From contig CAVSCG010000027.1 in assembly GCA_963726395.1 (NCBI GenBank), positions 26,328 to 90,327 on the forward strand: a stretch of 64,000 bases of DNA, in the 5' to 3' direction. Position 1 is the stretch's first letter. Each line of letters begins with the position of its first letter. The notes below the pieces were generated by a model. That model was not told where the DNA came from, made no database searches, and saw only the letters and a list, made by a program, of their open reading frames with translations. The DNA comes from an uncultured delta proteobacterium (GTDB lineage Bacteria > Desulfobacterota > Syntrophia > Syntrophales > Smithellaceae). This document shows positions 20,392 through 29,825 of this stretch, piece after piece. The position numbers and the translations under genes were made by a program.

Positions 20392-22342
20392 ATGAGCAGA
20401 ATTGGTGTTTTTGTTTGCCACTGCGGTTTGAATATAGCTAAAACGGTACGGGTCAGCGAACTGGCCCAGTTTGCAGCCACACTGCCGGACGTGGTCGTTG
20501 CAAAAGACTACAAGTTTATGTGTTCCACGCCCGGTCAGGAAATGATCGCCAATGATATCAAGCAGCATAGACTGGATCGCATCATTGTGACGGCCTGTTC
20601 GCCGCTGATGCACGAGCAGACGTTCCGCAAAGTCCTGGCAGCTTCCGGTCTTAATCAGTATCTTTTAACCATCGTTAACATCCGCGAACAGGTGTCCTGG
20701 GTTACACACGATATTGACGAAGGCACGGCCAAATCCAAGGCGCTGCTCAACGGCGCCGTGCATCGCGCCAGGCTTCTGGCGCCGCTCACCTCGCGCGTGA
20801 TTGATGTTCATCCCGATGTCCTGGTCGTCGGCGGCGGCATCGCCGGCATTCAGGCCGCTTTGGAGCTGGCCAATACCGGCAAGAAGGTTTACCTCGTTGA
20901 AAAGAATTCCACCATTGGCGGCCACATGGCGCAATTTGATAAAACCTTTCCGACGCTGGACTGCTCCGCCTGTATTCTGACGCCCAAGATGGATACCGTG
21001 CTGCAACACAAAAATATTACCATGATGACGTCTTGCGAAGTCAGCGAGGTCAAGGGTTTTGTCGGCAACTTTGATATTACGATCAAACAGAAAGCGCGTT
21101 ATGTGGATCACAGCAAGTGCAATGCTTGTCTCGCGTGTACGGAAAAATGTCCCGGCAAAGGCTTATCTGAATGGGATGAAGGCCTGGTGAAAAGAAAGGC
21201 CATTTACCTTCCGTTCCCGCAGGCCGTTCCGCAAAAACCGGTCATCGACAGGGAGTCCTGTACATTTTTCATCAAGGGCAAATGCCGCCTGTGCGAAAAG
21301 AGACTGTGAACAGAAGGCGATTGATTTCGAACAGCAGGATACCTTCACCACGGTGAAAGTCGGAGCGGTCATTGTGGCGACCGGCTATGATTTGATGGAT
21401 ACCAAACCGCTGGTTCAGTACGGTTACGGAAAATATCCCGGTGTGTATAACGCGCTGGAAGTCGAACGGCTCTTCAATTCCGCCGGCCCCACCGGAGGTA
21501 AGGTGACGCTTCGAGACGGCAAGGAGCCTCAGGCCATCGCCATTCTGCACTGCATCGGCAGCCGCGACAAAAATAACTATGAGCATTGCAGCCGGGTGTG
21601 CTGCATGTATTCACTGAAATTCGCGCATCTATTCAAGGAAAAGACCTCCGCGGATGTTTATCAGTTCTACATTGACATGCGGGCTGCCGGAAAAGGTTAC
21701 GAGGAATTTTACAACCGCATCATTGAAGAGGACGTGAAGTTCATCCGCGGCAAGGGTGCGCGCGTGGCCGAAAGCGCCGATGAACCGGGCCGTTTGATTG
21801 TCGAAGCGGAAGACACCATCACCGGAAAGTTTATCAAATTGCCGGTCGATATGGTGGTGCTCTCGCCCGCTATGAAACCACGAGCGGACTCCAAAGATAT
21901 CGCGCATCTGTTTAATTTGAGCACGGACAAATACGGCTTCTTCATGGAGCGTCATCCGAAGCTTGCGCCTCTGTCCACCATGTCCGAAGGCATTTTCATC
22001 GCCGGCGTGTGTCAGAGTCCGAAAGATATTCCTGATACCGTGGCGCAGGCCTACGGCGCGGCGGCGGAAGCGCTGACGATTGTCGTCAAGGATAAAATGG
22101 AACTGGAGGCGACCACCGCGATGGTCAATCCGGCATCCTGCTGCGCCTGTCAGAACTGCGTGCGCGTCTGTCCCTATGGCGCACCGTTCTTTGATGAACA
22201 AAAAGGAGTTTCGGAAATCAACGAGGCGTTGTGCAAGGGTTGTGGTCTTTGCGCATCGGTCTGTCCGTCCTCAGCGATTATCGCGCGGCACTTTACGAAT
22301 GACCAGGTCTTGGCAGAAATGGAAGGCCTCATGGAATTCTAA
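20392..22342 (+). pseudogene. hdrA: Heterodisulfide reductase subunit A, frame broken near 21296-21304
   Basis: ORF 20392..21309 (FVCHCG, VVGGGIAGIQAAL, ...GKCRLCEK) continues in frame +1 as ...DCEQKAIDFEQQDTFTTVKVGAVIVATGYD (ORF 21353..22342; HCIGSRD, CSRVCC, C-terminal 2x[4Fe-4S]). Confidence 0.85.
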
Positions 22343-22364
22343 GCACTACAGAAAGGAAATATTC

Positions 22365-22781
22365 ATGTCATTTGAACCGAAAATACTGGGCATTGCCTGC
22401 AACTGGTGCACCTATACCGGAGCGGATCTGGCCGGGACTACGAGATTGCTGTATCCGCAAAATCTTCGGGTGGTCCGGGTGATGTGCTCCAGCCGGATCA
22501 ATCCGTCGTTTATATTCCGGGCGTTTCAGCTGGGCGCGGACGGTGTGTTGGTTGGCGGTTGCCATCCCGGTGATTGCCATTACAACACGGGCAATCTCTT
22601 TGCGCGGAGGCGACTGGCCGTTACGAAGAAAATCCTGGAATTTTCCGGAATGGAACCGGACCGGTTCCGGGTGGAGTGGATTTCCGCGTCCGAAGGAAAC
22701 AAGTTCGCTGAAGTCGTCACTGAATTTACCGAACAGATTAAAAAACTGGGACCCCAGACCAAGTTCAAGATTTCACAATAG
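22365..22781 (+). CDS. mvhD: MvhD/FlxD-type [2Fe-2S] protein (Cys form)
   Basis: MSFEPKILGIACNWCTY...GGCHPGDCHY. The ATG at 22365 follows a GAAAGGAAA RBS. The upstream part of ORF 22080..22781 overlaps hdrA and is ignored. Confidence 0.85.
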   Translation: MSFEPKILGIACNWCTYTGADLAGTTRLLYPQNLRVVRVMCSSRINPSFIFRAFQLGADGVLVGGCHPGDCHYNTGNLFARRRLAVTKKILEFSGMEPDRFRVEWISASEGNKFAEVVTEFTEQIKKLGPQTKFKISQ

Positions 22782-22795
22782 AGTTGGGAGAGGAT

Positions 22796-23702
22796 ATGGC
22801 AAGCAGCTTTAAGCAAATTGAAGAAAAACTAAAGACAGAAGCCGATAGGCTTCTGGGATCCGGTCAGGTGAGTCTTGTCCTGGCCTACGGCAAAGGCTAT
22901 GATGAAAATCATCCCATGCCCTATGTCGCCAAGTGTCCATCCGATGTGAAAAATATCGTCTTTAACGAATACTGCACGGCCAATATGGCGCGCTATCTGG
23001 TTCGTTATCCGCGGGGAACAAAAATCGCTATTGCCGTTAAAGCGGCGGATTGTCACGCGGTCATTCAACTCATTCAGGAAGAGAAGGTCAAGCGTGAAGA
23101 TCTGGTCATCCTGGGCATTCCGGTTTATGGCATGAAGAATTTTAGAACCGGTGAAGATGATCGACAGCAAAACAACCTGCGGCCTGCATAATCCGGTGCT
23201 TTATGACATCCTGATGGGTGAGCAAGTGCATGGGAAACCCGTATTATCGCCCTATAGTGTGCTTGCTGAATATGAAGCAATGGACAAGGAAACGCGCTTC
23301 GCGTTCTGGAAAAAAGAATTTGATAAATGTATCCGTTGTTACGCCTGTCGCAAGGCCTGCCCGATGTGCTATTGCGATCCCTGCTTCATCGACCAGAACA
23401 AACCCAAATGGGGAGAGAAGTCACCCGAGTTCAACGGCAATCTGATGTATCACCTGACACGGTTTCATCATCTGGCTGGTCGGTGTATTGATTGCGGTGA
23501 ATGTTCACGCGCTTGCCCCGTAAATATTCCTTTATATCTGTTTCACAAGAAAGTGGCCAAGGAGTGTGAGGAAATGTTCGGCCAGGCCGCGGGTATGAGA
23601 ATCGACGATAAGCCCGTCCTGGTGAATTTCCGGGATAACGATTCCGACAAAATTTTGGAGAATAAGGAGTTCTGTAGTGTTGAAAAAAACAACAATCGAT
23701 AA
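22796..23702 (+). pseudogene. FlxC-like iron-sulfur protein, paralog of 14539..15549, frame broken near 23135-23155
   Basis: ORF 22784..23191 and ORF 23151..23702 together align end-to-end with the intact paralog (CIRCYACRKACPMCYC, CIDCGECSRACP). The shift lies around the AATTTTAG run. Confidence 0.7.
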
Positions 23703-24718
23703 ATTGCCCGAATTGGCAGCCGCGCTGATGGAGAAGGGGACGCTCATCGCGCCCGTCAAAGAAGACGCCGGCTTCAATTTCCGGGAAATCACCGATGCCA
23801 AACAAGTGGATTTAATTTTTCACAATACCATTATCAGTCCGAAGTCGGCTTTTTTCCCTCAAACGGAAGATTTTGTCCAGTATCAGACAGGAAAGTCCAT
23901 CCTGGAAGCCGCGCCCATCGAGCTGAATCTGAAACCGGTTTTCCTTTTAGGCGTCCGTCCCTGCGACGTGAAGAGCTTTCAGATTATGGATATTCACTTT
24001 TCCGGCACGGGAGCCATGGATCCTTACTGGCAGAAAAGAAGAGAAGCCACCACCATTTTCGGTTTTGCCTTTGATCTGAACGAAACGGCTGAAGCGGCGG
24101 AATTCTATCAGACATTCGGGATTGGCGCGGCCGATCCCGAAGGCAGTGACATCTTTATGATGCGCAAAGGCGATGACCTGCTGCTCAAAGGCATAACAGC
24201 TAAAGGAGAACAGCTGCTGGGCGGATTGATTTACTTGCGGATGCCCCGGTCGATGACGGAAAATATTTTAACGAGGACGTTACCGCTGGGCGCGAGATTA
24301 TAAAACGCGTTTTACCTGCGTGGACGACCAGAATATTGCCAAGAAACTAGAGGATATTTTCCACAACAGTGATTTCTGGACGAAGATTTCCAACGCCTGT
24401 CTGAGCTGCGGTGTGTGTACCTTTGTCTGCCCCACCTGTTATTGTTTTGATATTTGCGATGAGACGCTATTTGCTCAGGGAACCCGACGCCGGGTTTGGG
24501 ACGCCTGTATGTTTACGGATTTCACACTGGAAGCCAGTGGCCACAATCCCCGGACCAAAGTATATCAGCGATTAAGACAGAAAGTCTGTCATAAATATTC
24601 ATTTCATATTCGGAAATATGGCGTGATCTCCTGTGTCGGATGCGGCCGCTGTACGCAGTATTGTCCGGTCAATATTGACATATTATCCATCGTGGAAGAA
24701 GCAATGAAAGTGAAATGA
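23677..24718 (+). pseudogene. FlxB/AsrA-like iron-sulfur protein, paralog of 17098..18120, with about 2 frame breaks (near 24230 and 24305)
   Basis: ORF 23677..24303 (GVRPCD) and ORF 24320..24718 (CLSCGVCTFVCPTCYCFD, CVGCGRCTQYCP) are linked through a third-frame segment LLADAPVDDGKYFNEDVTAGREIIK. Confidence 0.7.
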
Positions 24719-24796
24719 CATAAACGGCTGTAGCCTTGTTCATATCAAGGAAACACGTTTTAAACCATTCATTAACAAAAAAGGATTTGAAGATAC

Positions 24797-25658
24797 ATGA
24801 CAGCAAAGAACCCCTACATTCCCATGCCGGTGGAGATATCCAAGGTTATTGATGAAGTGGATACTCACGATATCAAAACATTCCGTTTCACCTTCCTGAA
24901 TAAAGAAGACGAGGCAAACTTTAAATATCTGCCTGGTCAGTTTGCCGAACTTTCCATTTACGGTAAAGGGGAGTCCCCGATCGGCATTGCCTCGTCGCCG
25001 ACTCAACCTGGCTATGTGGAGTTTACGGTTCAGAGAGCCGGGAGCCATTCTGCCGGGTCTGGTTACAGCCGCACTGCATGATATGGAAGAAGGCGGCAAA
25101 ATCGGTCTGCGTGGTCCGTTGGGCAACTCTTGGCCGATTGAGTTTCTCGAGAAAAAAAATATCGTAGTCGTCGGTGGCGGATTCGCATTTACCACACTAA
25201 GATCGCTCATCAATTACATGCTACATCAAGACAACCGTTCGCGTTTTGGCGAAATTACAATAATTTACGGCGCGAGAACCCCCGGACTTCTTCTGTATAA
25301 AGACGAACTATCCCATTGGCAAAAAAGAGACGGGATCAATACCGTCATTACCGTGGATAAAGGCGACGCCACCTGGAAGGGCAGGGAAGGCTTTGTTCCG
25401 GCCGTTTGCAAAGCTGTCGCGCCGTCGCCCAAAAATGCCGTGGTCGTCATCTGCGGCCCACCCATCATGATCAAATTCACCCTGCCGGTGTTTTTTGAAC
25501 TGGGGTTCTCCAAGGAGAACATTCTGACGTCGATGGAAATGCGCATGAAATGCGGCATCGGCAAATGCGGCCGCTGCAATGTCGGTTATAAATATGTTTG
25601 TTCGGATGGCCCGGTATTTTCGCTGGCGGAGTTGGAAGAACTGCCCCGCGATTTCTAG
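24797..25658 (+). pseudogene. FlxA/AsrB-like FAD/NAD(P) oxidoreductase, paralog of 18135..18974, disrupted by a 16-nt insertion at 25043-25058
   Basis: ORF 24797..25081 and ORF 24942..25658. Removing AGCCATTCTGCCGGGT restores VQRAGLVTAALHDM, matching VQKAGVVTSALHEM in the paralog. Confidence 0.8.
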
Positions 25659-25724
25659 TCTCTGGGCCGTTTACCCGCTTCAAATTTTCATCTGACACTT
25701 TTATTAGGAATATTGCCGGAATGT

Positions 25725-25758
25725 AGAGACGCAGCATGCAGCGTCTCTATGATTTTTA
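25725..25758. terminator. Hairpin between convergent genes (putative terminator)
   Basis: AGAGACGC-agcatgca-GCGTCTCT, an 8-bp perfect stem, followed by ATGATTTTTATT on the + strand. Confidence 0.5.
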
Positions 25759-26394
25759 TTAATTTACGATTTGTCCGTATGCGCGGTATAGAAAATATAT
25801 CCCGAACCCGATTAGAAAAATTCCGGCAATTAGAGAAATGGCGCCGGTGATTCTTTCATTGATGAATTTTTTCCCCCAGTGGAGCGCGGCGGCTAGAGAA
25901 AACACCCACAGGGAGCAGCCCAGTAAAATAGAAAGGCAGGAGAAAAAAGCGGAAATGTTCGCTTGCGTATGAGCTTGAGACGCCAGCAGTGCACCGAAAA
26001 CGCCGGTCCACCAGACAATCGTCATTGGAGAGGAAATCGCCAGCGCGAACCCGGCGACAAAGGAATGCTTAAAAAGACGCCGTTGTTTGTCATCCGGAAT
26101 AACCGTTTTTCTGAAGAAATCTTTTGCACTCAAAGAGCCAAGATAAATCAGGATGAAGCTTCCAGCGACGCCTAAAACCAGTTTCATCGCAGCGTTATTT
26201 AAGAAAGCAGCCAATCCGAAGAAAATTAATGTCAGATAAGTGGCGTCCGCGCACATCGCGCCCGCGCCCGTGAGAAAAGCCTGCCGGAAGCCTGAATTCA
26301 GACCGCGCTTGATGATTTCCACGTTTACCGGTCCGATCGGCGCCGCCAGTGTTAAACCCAGCAGGATGTTTTGCAGCAGCGTGAATTTTTCCAA
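25759..26394 (-). CDS. LysE/RhtB-family amino-acid exporter
   Basis: N-terminal LLGLTLAAPIGPVNVEIIKRGL motif, about 6 TM segments, 211 aa. Confidence 0.8.
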   Translation of the reverse strand: MEKFTLLQNILLGLTLAAPIGPVNVEIIKRGLNSGFRQAFLTGAGAMCADATYLTLIFFGLAAFLNNAAMKLVLGVAGSFILIYLGSLSAKDFFRKTVIPDDKQRRLFKHSFVAGFALAISSPMTIVWWTGVFGALLASQAHTQANISAFFSCLSILLGCSLWVFSLAAALHWGKKFINERITGAISLIAGIFLIGFGIYFLYRAYGQIVN

Positions 26395-26486
26395 ATCGAG
26401 TCACTTTACTATTTAATATCTTTTTATTATTGATTTTTTATAACGATTGCTTTAACGTTCGTCAATTATTTTTTAAGGAATGGAAC

Positions 26487-28686
26487 ATGAAATATACTCA
26501 AACACCTCTCAAACATGGATATGCCGATCAGACTCTGGCCATAGATTTGACAAACGGTGAAATGGATGTTCGTCCACTTAACCCGCAAGTTCGTGATTTT
26601 TTCATCGGTGGCAGAGGATTGGGGCTTTATTTGTTGCATAAAAATAGTTAACGCCGGCAAAATCGGCATATGATCCGGGAAATCCACTGATTTTTTCATC
26701 AGGGCCGCTGGGAGGCATTCCGCAATTTCCGGGGACGAGCAAATGTATGGCGATTTCCCTATCCCCATTAACCCATATTCCAGGTGTTTCTAATTTTGGC
26801 GGCCATTTTGGCGCTTTTCTGAAATATGCCGGATTCGATGCGCTGACAATCACCGGCAGCGCCGGAGACGAAAGTGATGATTGTGATCGATGGTTTACGG
26901 CAGGAAGTGAGCATTGGCCGAAGCGTCCGCGGCTGATCAGGTCTTTGATCTGGAAAAAGCTATTGTCGATCAATTTTAAGGGAAGGTCGATGAAAAGAAG
27001 AATATTACTTTTTTGACCACCGGCATGGGTGCGGCTAATACCAATTTCGGCTGTATCAACAGCCACTATTATGACGCCACCAAGCCGGTTGGCGGAAAAA
27101 AAGGTCTTTTCCGGACAAAGCAGGCCGGGCGCACAGGACTGGGTTCCGTCATGAGTCAGAAGAAAATTGCCGCGATTGTCGTTCTGGCGGATTTTCCTCA
27201 CGGTGAATAATCCTTATGGCGCGGCGGATTGGGACAAAGTTAAAGAAGCGGGATTGAAGCTGCATAAGGATCGTCAAAGAAGTCGATCCGCACGCACTGC
27301 AAAATGTCACTTGAAAGGATCGGCCGGCTTGATTTCTTTTATGAATAAGGATGAGTATCAATCTCTGCCGGTGAATAATTACCAGTATGGCTCGCACCCG
27401 AAGGCGGGACAAATCTGCGGGAAAAGCTATGCGGAGCGGCTTTTTGATCACCGGGGTATGGATGGATGTTTCCCCGGCTGTAATTTGCGCTGTACAAAAG
27501 GCGGATGGGTCATGCTGACCACGGGTGAGCATTGCGGCCGTAAGGTCTGGGTGGACGGTCCGGAATATGAAACCGCCGCCGGTTTTGGTTCCAACCTTGG
27601 CATGTGGCATCCCGAATTCATCATGGAAGCCAACTGGCATTGCGATAATTACGGTATCGATACCATCACCACCGCCGTCATCATGTCCTTTATTGATGGA
27701 ATGCTATCAGCGCGGAATATCTGACCGGGGAGGAAACGGACGGCTTTGTGTTGACCTGGGGCGATGAACAAGCAGCGCTGCAGTTTATCCATGATCTGGC
27801 GCGGCGCAAAACAGAGTTGACCAGTGTTGCCGGCCTGGGAATGCTGGAACTCATGGCCTGGGTTGCCGAAAAATATGCAGCCAGAACCGGTAAGCCCGAT
27901 CTCGATAAGGGAACTCAGCAATTTGCCATGCAGACCAAAGGGTTGCCGTTTCTCTCTTTACCGGACGCACCGTTCTTTGTCCATGCAGGCTTCCTATGCG
28001 GCCGCCAGTGATATCGGCGCGCATCACGCCGCTGCTTGGCTGGTGAAAGTGGATTTGCTGGGCGCGTTTCCGACTTTTGAGGCCAAAGCCAATGCTTTGA
28101 TCACTTATCCGCGCGTTCGTTTGGGCAACGACAATATGGGATTTTGCAAGTTACCCTGGGTGGATGTTTTCAATCCGACTTCCATGAAACGCCACGAATA
28201 CGGATATCTATATCAATCCCGCATCACAGGAACTTTATGCTGATTTCTACAATGGCATGTTGGGTACAGATTTGACCTGGGAGAAGATTTTTGAGCAGAC
28301 AGACAGGGATATCAATTTGCAGCGTGTCATGAATGTACTGTCCTTTGGCGCGACAACCGGCGAGCGCGACTGGATTCCCGACCGGGCTATCGGCCCCACG
28401 GATGATGCTCTTTATGATAATGAAAAAGATTATAATGATAAACAACTAGTCGCTTTTCTCAATAAACCGCTGATCAGAAATTCAATGATGCAAACTGCTG
28501 AAAAGCGGGGAGCGCTCATGAAGCATCGCAAGGAAGAATTGCGAAAGTTGATTCATATTTATTACTGCGCAGCGCGGTTGGACGGATAAAGGCATTCCGA
28601 AAATTGCTACCCTCCAACAAATCGGCCTGTGGGATTTCTTGAGCGAAGAGGCCAGAACAAGAATCACCGCAATGAACGGGCGTTAG
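26487..28686 (+). pseudogene. Tungsten-type aldehyde:ferredoxin oxidoreductase (AOR family), reading frame broken at least 8 times
   Basis: AOR-like segments are spread over all three + frames: GGRGLGLYLL; SGPLGG...MAISLSPLTHIPGVSNFGGHFGAFLKYAGFDALTITG; GPEYETAAGFGSNLG; YYAQRGWTDKGIPK...*. ORFs 26430, 26747, 27013, 27167, 27525, 27748, 27824 and 28257 plus a frame-1 tail end at TAG 28684-28686. Confidence 0.85.
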
Positions 28687-28837
28687 TTTACAGGCGTCAT
28701 AACCGCAATCATACCATTTGCCATTGCGAGCAATGTTACCAGTTCATCGAACGGGTTGTTCATAATCTCCTCCTTTGCTAAAGGGGGATTAAGCGGGATA
28801 TTTTTCAGTTAATTGATTCCTCAGAGGTTAATAGAAT

Positions 28838-29539
28838 ATGACTGATAAAACTAAACCAACCGGAATCAAAAGCTGGCCGGAGGACGACCGGCCCAGGGAA
28901 AAGCTGCTCAAACGAGGTGCGAGGGTACTGAGCAATTCGGAACTTCTGGCAATTTTGCTGCGCACAGGTGTGCAGGGTAACAGCGCCATTGATCTGGCGC
29001 GCCAGATTATTGATAAGTTCGGAACCTTCCGCAACATGAACCACACGGACATGCGCGAGTGGAAAGAATTCAAAGGCCTGGGACCCGCCAAAATCGCGCA
29101 GCTTCAGGCCGCTCTGGAAATAGGACGGCGATTCCGCGAAGATGAAGTGTTGAGCGTCAAGCAAAAGATTGCTTCCGCCCGCGATGTTGTGACCATTATC
29201 ATGCCGCAGATGCGCGACCTCAAGACCGAAGTCTTTAAAGTTGTCTATCTCAACAGCAATAATCGAATCATTGATATCAGCGATGCCGCCACAGGCACGG
29301 TTAACCATGCCATGCCGATTGTGCGGGAGATCATTCATGCAGCATTGCAAAAATTTGCGGCAGCGATCATCTGCGTCCACAATCACCCCAGTGCCAATAT
29401 TGCGCCCAGTCCGGAAGATAAGAAGTTTACGCAGGAACTGACCGCCGCGGGCAAACTCATGGGAATTAAGGTTCTTGATCACGTCATTATCGGTGATGGT
29501 AGTTACTTTAGTTTTGCGGATGAAGGACTGATGGGGTAG
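28838..29539 (+). CDS. radC: RadC-family JAB/MPN domain protein
   Basis: SNSELLAILLRTG, GLGPAKIAQL (HhH) and VHNHPSANIAPSPEDKKFT (JAMM-like) motifs. Confidence 0.85.
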   Translation: MTDKTKPTGIKSWPEDDRPREKLLKRGARVLSNSELLAILLRTGVQGNSAIDLARQIIDKFGTFRNMNHTDMREWKEFKGLGPAKIAQLQAALEIGRRFREDEVLSVKQKIASARDVVTIIMPQMRDLKTEVFKVVYLNSNNRIIDISDAATGTVNHAMPIVREIIHAALQKFAAAIICVHNHPSANIAPSPEDKKFTQELTAAGKLMGIKVLDHVIIGDGSYFSFADEGLMG

Positions 29540-29825
29540 ATTGATCGAAGGGGCTGAAGCGGCCTGCTCTCGCCAATGCTAAAAATCTCACATCACCAAA
29601 CCGATATGTGGAAGATCAATTACTCGCCATTCACCTTAAAACAACAGGATGACGTGTATTTGTAACATATTATTCGATCATATTCTTCAAATTACTAAGC
29701 TACTTGTATGTTACTTATAAAAATACTTTCTGAAATGGAAGAGAGAAGAGAACTGCGCCAGCAATCAATCCGTGTAAGCAAATTCCAAGATACCTTGCCA
29801 TAAAGTAGGAACATCCTCGGAAGGT

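Noticed and set aside
21307-21309. The TGA ending ORF 20392..21309 as a possible second selenocysteine codon
   Set aside because: Read-through in the same frame meets another stop 12 nt later and gives non-HdrA sequence. The conserved continuation is in the +1 frame, so this is a frameshift and not recoding.
22080-22364. The N-terminal 95 codons of ORF 22080..22781
   Set aside because: This part overlaps the 3' end of hdrA in another frame. The MvhD homology, the RBS and the alignment with the paralog all start at ATG 22365.
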